A stretch of DNA of 64,000 nt. It comes from Lama guanicoe. Taxonomy: Eukaryota. The stretch covers positions 1,535,818 through 1,599,817 of the forward strand of contig MU053561.1 of the NCBI GenBank assembly GCA_013239625.1. Reading direction: 5' to 3'. The position numbers and the translations under genes were made by a program. The notes under the pieces are model-generated. The model was not told where the DNA came from. It was given only the letters and a program-made list of their open reading frames with translations, and did no database searches. The number at the start of each line of letters is the position of its first letter. Position 1 is the stretch's first letter. This document shows, one piece after another, positions 1 through 11,984 of the stretch.

Positions 1-1024
1 ATCAACTCAGCCAAACATATAGGTAGCTTATTAAAATTTAGACAAAAGTCTACAGGCACTTAATACATAACGATGACTCTAGACCTAAATTAAGAGTGCC
101 CCCCACCCCCATGCACCCCGGCCCCTACAACTTAACTGCCCAGAAGCAGCCAGTCTTCTTACAGCTGAGTTATTGACCTGCTTTTCAGCTTTCCCCCCCC
201 TTGCTGAAAGTAAGACACGTGACCTTTCTAAGCGCTAACCCAAAGCCCTTGCTGAGACACTGTGCCATTGAGTTTGCCCTTGAGGTTGTGTCTTACCAAA
301 GCAAAGCAATGTGAAATTGACATGCTACTTATTCTCAGCTACACCCTCACACCTGTGAGCTCTTCCACACTGATGGGATTTTGAAGAAAAAGAGACACAA
401 TATGGCTTTAATGGGGCTGCAAAATGATAGTTTTCTAGACAAAGGATCCTGCATCTGGCTCACTGGGGTGAAACCAAACCTTGGATACTTAAAACAATCA
501 TTTGAGATAACACAAGTTAAAGTGCTTTTTCAAAGTTAACCTCATCTTGGTTACCATCACTGCACCAATGGATATGGCCTCTTCCCTTCTCCCTCTGTAG
601 GACCACTTCACCTAGGTTTAGGAGAGGCAGGTCTCCTCTGGCCAACCACAGCCTGAAATTCCCTTAATTACCACAAAGGGGTTCACTGCTTTTAAAATCA
701 GCTCAGAAATAGAGTGTAATGTGGCAGTAAAAGCTCTGTCCCAAACCCCAGTTCTATGATTTACCAGCCATAGGTCCTTAATAATAATAATAAAATGACC
801 AGTCTGTATAAAGTACCTCTCATTCAGATGTGTTTGTGACAGATAGGACTTCTGAGAACACGAGAAGACTAAAGTTTTTTAACTAGACAATTAAATACAA
901 GAATAATAGTAACTGTTAATTGGCACGCCTATTGTAGATCTAATGACAATCTATTGTGGATTCTGTGATAATACACAGGGCCTGTGTGTGAAGATAGACA
1001 CAATCTGGTGCCCTGGGAAAATGC

Positions 1025-1135
1025 AGCAGAGTTCTGGTCCCAGTTCTTGCATTTACCAGCTAGGTGTTCTTGGGCAAGTTATTAGAACACCCTAGGTCTC
1101 TCTTCTTCTCATCTGTAAAATGAGGGTATCACACT
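1025..1135 (+). mobile_element. MIR SINE fragment
   Basis: MIR core-like text ttaccagctag...ttgggcaagttatt...ttctcatctgtaaaatgaggg. Confidence 0.75.
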
Positions 1136-1334
1136 AGATCAGTGTTTCCCAGAGTGTGCTCCTTGGAGCATTCTGTACGTTTTCCTCCCCTACCCCCATT
1201 TACTTCATGAATAATCTGCACGGAAATCTGTTCAAAAACAGTCTTTATTGTACAAAGTTATCTTGTGAACATTCAGAAAGGTTATTTATTGTTCAGCATT
1301 TTCCAAAATTATTTCCCCACAGTAATTATTTTCT

Positions 1335-1708
1335 TTTTTTATCTCTTTTTTTTTAATTAAAAGTACAGTTAGTTACAGTGTGTCAATTTCAGGTATACTG
1401 CATAATGTCCCAGTCATGCATGTACATACATATATTCATTTTCATATTCTTTTTCATGAAAGGTTATTACAAGATATTGAATATAGTTCCCTGTGTTATA
1501 CAGAAGAAATTTTTTTAACTATTTTTTTATATAGTGGCTAACATTTGCAAATCTCAAACTCCCAAATTTATCCCTTCCTACCCCCTTTTCCTGGGTCATC
1601 ATAAGATTGTTTATAGTGTCTGTGAGTCTGTTTTTGCTTTGTAGATGAGTGTCCTCTTTTTTTTTTTTCTTAGATTCCACATATGAGTGATATCATACAG
1701 TATTTTTC
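1335..1708 (-). mobile_element. 5'-truncated LINE-1 (3' UTR), relatively young
   Basis: Poly-T tail followed by typical L1 3' UTR antisense text (ttagattccacatatgagtgatatcata); 9-bp flanking direct repeat TTATTTTCT at 1326-1334 and 1709-1717. Confidence 0.9.
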
Positions 1709-2469
1709 TTATTTTCTGTACAGGAGGAAAAAGAGTATTTAACTAGCAACACACATTTATCTGCTGTAGAGTGAGACTTTTTAAACTGGGTTTATTGTAG
1801 CATTATTAGGTTGCCAGATACACTTAAAGCAAAAAACGGACAGTTTCAGCTGACTGCATTAGTTATTTACTCCTCAGTTAATAGCATATTCTATTCCTCT
1901 AAGCTGCCATTTGGCTTCAGAGGTCTTCCTGAGTCATTCACCAATTGTCTCAGTTAAAAATAGGACCGTGTCATGTGGGAGAGATCACCACCAGCAGCAA
2001 GCGTGACCTTAATTAACATTACACACTTGTCCCAGAAGCTTCTTCCTCCTACATGTCTCTGAAAAGCCCACCAAGATTTAGATACTAATCGGGGCAGTAC
2101 ATATATGAGTCATTTTCAAGTAAGGCAGGAAATGACTTTCCAAAAGAGAAAAAAATAAGTAAAAAAATCTCTCCTGATACAAGTCCTGTAGAAAGTAGTG
2201 GGGAGGAGAAATAAGGTTGTCTGGGGAATTTTTTTCTTGTTAACTTGTTTTTTGTTTTGCTTTGTTTTAAAACTCGGAAGTAGTTTGTATAACAAAAACC
2301 AAATGCCATTCTTTCATAAAACAGTGTGGTGGTCCCTCAGGGACAGAGGAAGGGGACTTGTACTCTGCTGGCTTATCAAGAGTCTTGCCTCCTCAGTTTT
2401 ACTACTGGTTCATTGAGTGACTATGATCCAGTCACTTACTTTAGTATGTGTTTGTGAATATGTATATTT

Positions 2470-3060
2470 TTTGATTTAATTTAATTTTTTATATTTTAAT
2501 TTTTGAAGTATAAAAGTACCACAGCCAACCTGTAAATTTTAGGAATGAGAAGAATGACTTATAATACCACCATCTGAACAATGGAAATTTTTCCTGCACA
2601 TCCCTCCAGCCTTTTATAACTATGCTTATTATTTATGTAGCTGTAATTCTAATGTATAAAAAGTTTTTCACTTAACTTGTTGTATTTGCATTATATCATA
2701 TGCTTTTTCCCCTGAAAACACCAAACCTCACATCATTTTTTACTGGCTATCTAAAATTTCACCAGTTTCTTTACTTCACTATTCCTTTATTGTAGGACTT
2801 TTAGTTGCTCCTATATAAGTTACTCTGTGGTCAACATCTTTGTGCAGTTGTCTTTTTTCCATATTTCAGATAATTTTAAGATGTATTCATGGGCATGAAA
2901 TCACTGAGTCAAATGAAATGAAGTGTTTAGAGATCTTGGTACAAAAGGCTTAACTGCTCTTCGAAATGGGGTTGGGTCATTGTGAGCTCATCACAGTTTT
3001 AATAGCCTTAGTTCTTAACATTAAACAAATATTTGTAGTAACTTAGAAATATCTTTATTT
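2470..3060 (-). mobile_element. Old LINE-1 (L1M-type) 3' fragment
   Basis: Degenerate antisense L1M text (tattcctttattgtaggactttttagttgc...aacatctttgtgc...gaaatcactgagtcaaa); boundaries approximate. Confidence 0.6.
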
Positions 3061-3076
3061 TCATTTGTATTTCTTT

Positions 3077-3234
3077 TTTTTAAACATTTTTTATTGATTT
3101 ATAATCGTTTTACAATGTTGTGTCAAATTCCAGTGTAGAGCACAATTTTTCAGCTATCCATGAACATGTATATATTCATTGTCACATTTTTTTCTCTGTG
3201 AGCTACCATAAGATCTTGTATATATTTCCCTGTG
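3077..3234 (-). mobile_element. Young 5'-truncated LINE-1 3' end with perfect 16-bp TSD
   Basis: TCATTTGTATTTCTTT at 3061-3076 and 3235-3250; minus-strand target reads TT/AAAG, matching the L1 endonuclease consensus; insert begins ttttaaacattttttattgatttataat. Confidence 0.92.
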
Positions 3235-4026
3235 TCATTTGTATTTCTTTAATTACAAAGAAGGATATACTAACTTGGGAAATCAGACTATAATCCTCTC
3301 ACTGAAAAAAATACAGTTCTCTGATAATACCTACTTTCTCCTGAACAGTAGTTTAGTAATTTGCAAGTTGATAGACCCAGTGCTCTAACCCTCAGGTCAA
3401 AGTCAGGCCTCGCGTTACAGGGCAGTCAGTCAAGAAAAGCTCCAGTCTAGGCGTCCAGCCCTGCCTCCTACCGGAACAGAAGCAGAAATTGCTCTTTTCA
3501 AAGATTGCCCTGGGTTCCCAACTAGGCATTATGCAGCTATTATTTCCCTAAAGTTTAGTGTCTCTCTGCACTTGTTATAACACTTCAGTTCTGTGTGCTA
3601 AATATTCATGGGACACCTGTTTGGGGCTAGATGATGTGATAGGTCCTGTAGATGCAAAAGTGAATGAGAAACAGGCTTGCTGAGCTAGTTTAAATCTAGT
3701 GGCTCTGGAACCTGGCTCCTTATAGAAACATCTGGGGAACTTGCCAAAAAAGAATCTTCCTGGATTCACCTCAGACCTACCAAATCAGAGGTTTCAGGCT
3801 TCTGTACTGGAAAGTAAGCCACTTGAGGTGATCCAGGCTCAGGAACCCGTGGCCTAGAGTCTGCTTCTTGGTGGTGTTCTCAGGATGACAAAGTTAGAAA
3901 GCAGGAATATGAACAAGCAATTGTCTGTGGGCAGGTATGTGAAGTGAAGAGGGGGAGATCACCTTACCCCTGGGGGAGCGAGTGAGTCTGTAAGAGTAAA
4001 GAGCATATTGCACAAAGCTTAGTGAC

Positions 4027-4496
4027 TGTTACTGCTAACTAAAAATTGTCACTTGCTCTCTGCCTCTACAAAGACTGGATCATGTTGGCACTTGCCGTCT
4101 AACTCTGCTTGGATTAAATCATGAGCCGCTGTGGCCCCTGACCTCCAGCACACCCTGAAAGGAGTTCAGGATGGAGGCCAGGAATGAGGCACTCTGTGCT
4201 CTGGGAAAACTGTCTGAACAGGCCTTCAGAGAGATATTTTCAGGAGAAGATTTTATGACCCCAATTCTTGCATCTCCTCAGATCTAGAAAAGCATTAAAA
4301 TCATTAACGGTAACATCTGTTTGACTGCACATCCCCCCTTCACTGAAATTGTGTAATACTGAGTTCTCCCCCTGCCTCTTTGAAACAGTTTCTCAGAGCT
4401 TTCTGGGATGCTGTCTCCTGGGCTATAGTCCTCATTTTGCCCCAAATAAAACTTAACTCACAACTCTTACGTTGTGTGATTTTATTTCAGTCAACA
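4027..4496 (+). mobile_element. Solo LTR, ERV1-type
   Basis: TGTT...AACA inverted termini; AATAAA at 4445-4450; 4-bp flanks TGAC/TTAC (TSD with one mismatch); about 470 bp. Confidence 0.8.
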
Positions 4497-5034
4497 TTAC
4501 CTTCAAAAACAGTCCTTTCAAGCCAAAGGTGATATTTCTTATTTTTCTGTAGTAAAAAAGAGCCCTGGGCTTACTTTTGCCTGAGTATTGGAGCTGCCTG
4601 CTTTTAATTTCTTCCTTCCACCTATAGTCCAGCCTCCAGGTCACTAAAGTAATCCCCTAAAACACAAATGGGCTCCCCATTATCTCCAAATAACCAAATA
4701 ACCTCCCCTACTTCTTAACATGACAGTCTAGGCCCTTTATCAGCTTTCTCAGACTACGTTTCTATCGTACAGTGATGACATCAGTTGAAGTGTTTTTGGA
4801 TAAGTTTCAGTTTCCAAGCTGTGTACCCTACATTCCAAGCTGTCAATCTAAGTCTCAGTTTCTAAAGGTGCCCAGAATGCTCTCGTCCCGTTGCACACCA
4901 GTGATAATGCCATCCTTGCCACCTGGAACGTCCTCTCCCCATATCTGGTCCAGCTCAAATCTTACATCTCTCCAAAGCCAGGTACCTCTGTAAGATACCC
5001 CCTTTAACTTTACCTATGACTGTAAGCTATCACT

Positions 5035-5225
5035 GATTAAGCATTTGCTCTGTGCTGTGCAGTACAGTTTTACACATACAATTGCAGCAGCACACCATAA
5101 GTTAGGTATGCCCATTTTTCAGATAAGGCAAATAAAGCCCCGAGAAATTAAATACAGTAGATATGTTACCTAGCTAATAAGGGACAGAGCATGGATCAAA
5201 TCTAACAACAAAGCCTGGACTGTAA
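5035..5225 (-). mobile_element. MIR SINE fragment
   Basis: Antisense MIR core: cccattttcagataaggcaaataaagc...gagaaattaaat...agctaataag. Confidence 0.6.
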
Positions 5226-6654
5226 TGATGCTTCCTCTTTGCCACCTTAATCCCCTAAGCCCTCCCATTGCTTGTTATTTAGTTCAGAATCATCACGTGC
5301 TGCCTGTGTTACAGCTAATTCTAAGTGATCTGGGCTCTATCTCTGGGAACAGTTTCTCAAGGGCAGAGATCCTCATAGGTGATTAGTGCTTAGTAGTCCC
5401 TAGAATGCTTAAATTCTGCATTTCCATAACGTTCTCAGTAAATGTATATAAAAACAAAATGAATACAGTTGTAGTCTCAGTGATGAATTTTTGCTGTGAA
5501 TAGGCTAAATAATTTTCTGTAGAATCTCCTTATCTATTTCTTGTTTATCATACTGACTGAGACATTCTAGATATATTTGCCCTTAAAATATACAAAGCCA
5601 AAAGGCAAAGTCTGACACCAGTGTCAGCTTGCAAGCGGTTGTTAGCCTTATCCCTCTACATCATAAAAGGTCCCAGTGGATTAGCACTTAAAATGTCATG
5701 CATTTAAAGCACTGTAATAATTTTTAAAAAGAGGCCTTGGCTATAATACCACATATATTATGATTAATAAATAGGAAAATAACTATGTAAACCACATGTG
5801 AATGTTACCGACTGTGAAAACTGGAATGAAATTTAACAAAATAAATTACATTCACTCTCCCACATTCAGGCCCTGTATCTCATCTTCTGCAGGTCAGATG
5901 TGCCTTGAAAGTGCAGGATGTTAGAATCCCAGAGCGTTTCAGGGTCTTGTCATTTTCAGAGCATTCCCTTATTCTGTAATCTCCCAAGTACAATGTTTTG
6001 AAATGCTTTAAAATTTTGTGCCACGTGTTCCTAAACCTTAAACGTTACTTTGCTTTTGCAAGAAGATGACTAAGAGGGTCTGTTTAAAAAGAAATGCCAA
6101 CGCTCAAAGGCAAAGCAAATGACATCAATACAAGGGGTTTCTTACAAAGGGAAGGGAATACCGTTGGGGCCAAGAAGGGGTTAACCCTGAGTCACTCTCC
6201 TCCACCTCTTCTCTCAGCCTCTCAGATACCATACAGCTGTTGAAAAGTATCTGTCAGCAAAACTATTACTGTCTTTCCTGGGATCAACACTATGTCCTGG
6301 ACCCTCAAGGTCAGCAGAGCTGCTGTCAGACCAAGCCGAGGGGACAGGCAGCAAAACCACTGAAACCCCAATCGAGGCTGGCAGGCGGAGGGCTTTCCCC
6401 AGCTGCTGTGAATTCTAGAGGCTCCGAGGGTGCAGGCTGCCCAGCAAGATAAAGGCATATTTCCACACCCTAAAAGCTCTTCTCTGGACCAGCCTGAGTC
6501 CTTCGTCTCCTTTTCTCCCTTCTTAAGCGTCCCAACTCATGCTTCCACTCACAGTTAAGAAATAGAGTTGTTGTGAGGAGTAAGTGACTAGACATAGTGT
6601 AATAGAAATATTGGCTAACGGTTAAAAACAATATGTCTGCTGCTCTGTTACGCT

Positions 6655-6815
6655 CTTTCTGTACATCACCTTCATGAGAAAAACACTCTCTGGGGCAGAA
6701 TCTGTCGTTTTACAGATGAGGAAACCAGTTAGGAGAGGTTAATAACTCTCTTAAAGTTGTTGAATGATGGAGTCAGTGGGAACCAAATTCTGACTCTTAA
6801 GTCCATGCGTTTCTT
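6655..6815 (-). mobile_element. MIR SINE fragment
   Basis: ttttacagatgaggaaacc...gagaggttaataact. Confidence 0.7.
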
Positions 6816-6959
6816 GAATGAGTGTGCTTCCTGCCTTCCTGTAATTCTCTTACACTGTAAGAGGAGAGACTGGCCTGGAGAGGGTCTAACATAGGCAACC
6901 CCAGTCTCCCGGGATTTCTCATGTGGCAGATTTATATCACCAGAAAGTTGTGATCAAGA

Positions 6960-7400
6960 GTCATGGTATGACTGCTGGTGGGGTATAAAATATACCATCT
7001 TTCTGAAAGGCAGTCTCTCAGTAGTCCTCAAAATCCTGAAAAATGTGACACACTCTGACTTCACAATTTAAATAAGATAATTAAGGATATTCACAAAAAT
7101 TTCGGAAGAGAGAGTCATTGTTGCTATTTACATCAAAATTAGGGGGGAATCACTCCTCTTAAAAATCAGGATATTGGTTCAGTTATGGAATGTAACTATA
7201 AATCCACTAAAAACAAAGTTATGGAAAAATAGATTGATGCAGAGATACATTCATGATACACTGTTGTGATTAAAATAGTTTACAAATACCGTTTGAATGT
7301 GATTCTATTTAAATGTATTTATGAATGTGTATAGTATATATTTATATTAAAATTATGCACCAAACTAACAACAAAAATGGATAGGTGTAGAGTTTATGAC
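6960..7400 (+). mobile_element. Old LINE-1 (L1M-type) 3' fragment
   Basis: actgctggtggggtataaaatatacc...ttctgaaaggcagt... degenerate L1M ORF2-end/3' UTR text, A-rich. Confidence 0.6.
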
Positions 7401-8164
7401 TATAGAATCATAAAGTCTTGTGGTTGGAAGAGCGGTTAGAAGTGTCTTAGTCCAGAAGTGCCCATCCCAACATCCCTGATATAATATCCCCTGTCTGATC
7501 CTGGGCGTCTACTGTCAGGAAGCTCATTGATACCTCCTTTGTCCAGTTTCAGTAAATGTTTATACAGACATGTAGTTTACAAAAGTTTGTCTATATGGCA
7601 TAGACCTTTGTCAAACTTGCTTTAGTAGAAACAGGAGGGAGAAAATTTGATCCTCAGAAATGATTCTCTGCTAAGCCATTTCTTACAGAACTTTCTCTTC
7701 AGGGGAAAGATGTTATGTAAATCCAACTAAATAATCCATATATAAAATAACTTGAGCTTTTCCTAATCATCAGCAGTAACAGCTCTAACGTCTATGACCA
7801 CCATCAGGATCCATAATTAGTTTTGATAAGTGCCTCCAAGGAGCTTTATGTGCTTATTTTAGTGGTGCTTCTGGAAAATTCTGCCAGTGAAAGCCAGGCT
7901 CCACAGGAGAAACAATACAACAAATGAGAAACTTACTGCATAGTATGTAAAACCAAGAGCTGAGCTAGGTCCTCAGGGTATGTTTGAATGTTCTTGAATT
8001 TTCTAACGTGTGTTCTTGCCTGACATTTTATGCATCACCGAACTGTGGAGCAGGGTGCTAGCCAAAGTCAAGAGGATTTTCCTGAAACTGGACATCTATA
8101 TGAGGAGACAGAATTATTTAATTTGGAATAGCAAGTTAGCCATAGAAAGAGAGAGCGAGAGAAA

Positions 8165-8182
8165 ACGCGCGCGCGCGCGCGT
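8165..8182. repeat. (CG)8 dinucleotide tract, perfect 18-bp palindrome
   Basis: ACGCGCGCGCGCGCGCGT read directly. Confidence 0.97.
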
Positions 8183-8209
8183 GGGTGTGTCGGGGATATT
8201 GATACATGT

Positions 8210-8570
8210 AATTCATTCACTCATCCATTTGTTTATCTGTCCATCCATTTGTCAGGCATTTAACTAGACGCTAAGCAGTAGGGCACAAGATCAACAGTTC
8301 CTCACTGTGTCGAAGTTCCAGAATAGCACATCAAGTGCTAAGATAACAAAGCCTGAAGGATGGGATGATACATCAGGGAAAAAAGAGGTGGATGTGAGTA
8401 TTCCAGGAAGAGGAAAGAGTCTGTATAAAGAATCAGTAACCTCAAGTAACAGTTGAATAGTCAGAAGCTTAGTCTTGCTGCAGAGAGAGAAGCTAGCCAG
8501 CTAAGCAAAGATCAGATCGTGAAATTACTTTTAGGCCAAGCTTGATGTCTGGATTTTATGCTCAAGCAAG
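8210..8570 (-). mobile_element. L2 LINE 3' fragment
   Basis: Starts with antisense L2 tail attcattcactcatccatt...; purine-rich degenerate L2 text (gagtattccaggaagaggaaagag). Confidence 0.55.
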
Positions 8571-8589
8571 GAAAATTACTCAGCAGAAG

Positions 8590-9062
8590 TGTTATGGAAG
8601 GCTAGTCTGTGTGCCCAATGTGCTGTGAGGCCAAACAGAAAAGTCAGCGTCTGGAGCTAAGAAAGGTTTACTGCAGGGCCACGCAAGGAAGACTGGGTGG
8701 CTCACGCCCAAGAAAATCCCAAACTCCCCGAAGGGTTTCAACAAAGCATATTTAAAGGCCAAGTAAGGGAGGAGGGTTGCAGGGTACATGATCAGCTCAT
8801 GCACAATTCTCTGATTGGTTGATGTTGAGGTAACAAGGTGGTCAACACTGTCAACCCGCAGGCGCCAGAAGGTCTGGGGGCCACTTGCCCTTGATCATCA
8901 AGTAGTTAATTTCTTTTCCCTGGTGGTGGTTTTTAGCATCTGAAAAACTCAGGAAATATACATGGGACACTGTTATCTGCGTGCTTCAGTGAGGAGCTAC
9001 AGCAGAGGATATGGGGGTGAGGTCTGACCCTGGAAGGCCTCACGGGGTCCTGCTCGGTTACA
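8590..9062 (-). mobile_element. Solo LTR, ERV1-type (LTR39-like of cetartiodactyls)
   Basis: Minus strand begins TGTAACCGAGCAGGACCCC and ends ATAACA; CCAAT box (aaccaatcag), TATA-like tttaaatat and AGTAAA poly(A) variant in U3-R-U5 order; TSD not preserved. Confidence 0.8.
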
Positions 9063-10114
9063 GGTACCATATAGCGTAGTGGTTAAGAGTCTCGATTTTA
9101 AAATCAAGTCCTGGCTTTGAAGACTATCTTTGCCTTTACTCTTACCCTGAACCACATGGAATTGCCAATATTCAAGCACTCTTGACTTTCAGAAATGGCA
9201 ATTTCATATATTTAAACGTGTTAAAATATAGAAGAATTGGTTCTCATCTCTGGAGTATTCCGCTGAAGCCTGCGGAGGTCCCATTCATTACCACAGGGAG
9301 TGAGGCAGCCCATTAGGAGTCCAGCCAGAGTGCCCGCAGGTCTGCTGACCCTGTGAGAAATGACACCTAGCTGGCAGCCCAGGGCAGGCAGCCCAGGGCA
9401 GGCCGTGCCTAGGGCAGGCACCACGATCCTCAGCCTTCCTGCTGTGTCCTCACGCCCACCTCCCCGGCAGGACCTGGCGCTGCTTCTCCTTTCCCTGGTT
9501 TTGGTCAGAAAAAGGATAATCACGGGGCCTGCTGCTTACGTCGTTCCTCAGCCATCTGACTGAATTCCCAGCAGACCAGGCCCTGCACTCACAGGCCTCT
9601 CTTTCTTTCTCTTGCTCGTTCACTCCCTTTCTTTGGCTCAGGAATCTGCCTCCTCTGGTAAGGCAGGGATGAGCTCTCTGAATTGTGTTTATTTGTTGGC
9701 ACTCTGGTGTGAAAGTGCTCCCGTCAACTGCATATTAATCTTGTCAGCAGTTTGTATCTATTTTCCTCTGCCTCACTCCCCTGGCCTAATTTATGGCTTT
9801 CCTTTCCCTTGCTTCCTATTGTCACCCTGACAGGGAGCGCCCTGTTCTGGGTGCTCAGGCCTGGGACAGCAGCAAGGCCTGTGCTCAGGAGATGAGCTGC
9901 AGAGGGATACAAAATCCTGCGCTTTGCGTGGCAGGGATAAATTTAGAGCAGGCCTCCCCTCGTTTATTGATGTCCTACCACGTGCCGCGTGCTGTGCGTA
10001 GTGCCGGCAGAGACAACTAGGAAAGCTGGTCCCTGGCCTTCAGCAGAGAAGGCGCATGGGACAGCAGGCAGGCGCTGCGGCCCATGTGTGTATCGTAATC
10101 GCTCAATATTAGTA

Positions 10115-10350
10115 GCACAGACTTGAGAATTCAGACAAAATGGGTTCAAATCCCAGTTTAGACACTTTCCATTTGTGTGACTATTTGTGTGTCCATTTGT
10201 AATGAGCATGTTAATTATCCTTCTTTAAACCTCGGTTTCCTCATCTCTAAAATCAGTGAAATAATATCTACTCCGTGGAGCAGTTATATGAATTATTGAT
10301 AGGGTGAGCCTTAGCTCCTGTTATGTGTGGCGAATACTAAGCATTCAATT
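10115..10350 (+). mobile_element. MIR SINE
   Basis: gggttcaaatcccag...aacctcggtttcctcatctctaaaat. Confidence 0.8.
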
Positions 10351-11169
10351 TATGAGATTTATCTTTATGGATTATTATTTGAAAAGAGAAGGGAGGAAGA
10401 GGAAGGAAAAGAATTTTATGAAATGGTGAACTTTTGTATCATCAGGAAAGAGTTCTTAATAACATTTTTAAAGCTCTGCCAGTTAACGTTGAGCCTTGTG
10501 TCAGTATTGAGTTTCTTATATAATTAGACCCTTAGCAACAGGTTGGGGGTTTGAAATCTCAGTCAACCTAAAGTTGGTCCACCTCACCCTAACACTGCCC
10601 CTGGAATTAGACCAGGACTCAAACACTCAGTGTGTCTAAATCCAGGTGCTGTCTTTGAAGACGGCGTACCCTGAACTGGAGTTTCTTTGTAAAGTTAAGT
10701 GACCAAAACGAGCTGTCATGAACCATGTCTGATTTCATGCTGGCATTACTACTGCTCTGACCATCAAGGTCAACCCACGGCTATTTTTCTAGTCCTTGTC
10801 TGTGGCAGAGGCCATAGTCACAGCCCCAAATTAGACTGAGCGTAGCACGCCGAGTAGCAGGGAAATGAGGTACAGAATAAAAACCTCACCCATTAGCCTT
10901 TCCCTCAGTGGGCCCCGAGCCCCTTCCAGGAAATTGGTGTTGCACTCCCCCCCAGGTAGCGACTCCAGGTTGAGGTTTATGATTTCTCTGTGGAGTTTCC
11001 CTTAATCTCAGTGTTTTTGTGGAATTCTTAGAGACCATAGGAATTCTGATACTCCTTGAATTCTGATACTTCTTAATTTAAAAAGTTAAAAGCAAATCCA
11101 GTAGCCCCTCTGCCACACTCATGTACAAGTGGTGGGCAGATGGAATGAGACAGACAGCTAAGCTGAGGC

Positions 11170-11445
11170 TTTCACAGACTTTTCACACTCTCCACCCCCA
11201 CCTGGCTAGTGTTAACTCATCCTTCAAGTCTCAGTTCAGATGTATTTTGGTTGAGGAAGCCTTCACTGACCAAATCTGTCCCCCTGAGCACCCTCTGCTT
11301 TCCGGATCAGAGCACTTACCACTCTGTATCTTAATCCCTCGTTTGTCTCTGTCCGCCAGTGATAGCAGGGGCCATGCTTATTATGTTCGTTATTTACTGC
11401 TGTTCCCTAGCATGGTGCCTGCCTTTAGATGTATATTTATTGAAG
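11170..11445 (+). mobile_element. L2 LINE 3' fragment
   Basis: actcatccttcaagtctcagttcagatgt...gaagccttc...ccctagcatggtgcctg...tatttattgaa. Confidence 0.7.
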
Positions 11446-11940
11446 AAAAGGAAGAGGGAGGGACATCCATGTGGTGTTACTGGATACACAGTGATCTGGC
11501 CTTGCTTCTTCAGCTTGTGAGCTGAGTGTGCTGACACCAAATGATGGTTCCCTGCATGTCAGAGAAGCAGTGGAATCAAAGGGTCTGAGCATGGGCTCTG
11601 TTAGATGTGAAGTGAGGGACTTTTGAAGTTTATTTGTTGTACCTTTAGCATTAATCATAGGTTGCTCTTAACTTACATATGAGCTTTTCTGTCCTTCTGA
11701 GGCTAGAAGTCACATTTTGCTTTCTAGCCGAAATTTTAGTCTCAAAAATTATCATTATTTTTCAATCCAGTTTCCACTTGTGGCTAGGACCCACTTAATA
11801 CAAAGACAAATAAGAACTAAGATACATAATTTTTTGTATGTTGTTGGGGAGAAACATTTGAAAAATAAACCAGTGCCAGGAAATAGGTGAAATTAAGAAA
11901 TACTCAAACTTAAAAGGACGTCTCTCTCACTTGCATATAC

Positions 11941-11944
<4 letters not shown>

Positions 11945-11982
<38 letters not shown>
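11945..11982. repeat. (CA)19 microsatellite
   Basis: Direct read. Confidence 0.97.

Positions 11983-11984
<2 letters not shown>

Noticed and set aside
8586..9066. TSD for the minus-strand LTR
   Set aside because: Flanks GAAG and GGTA do not match, so no TSD is claimed
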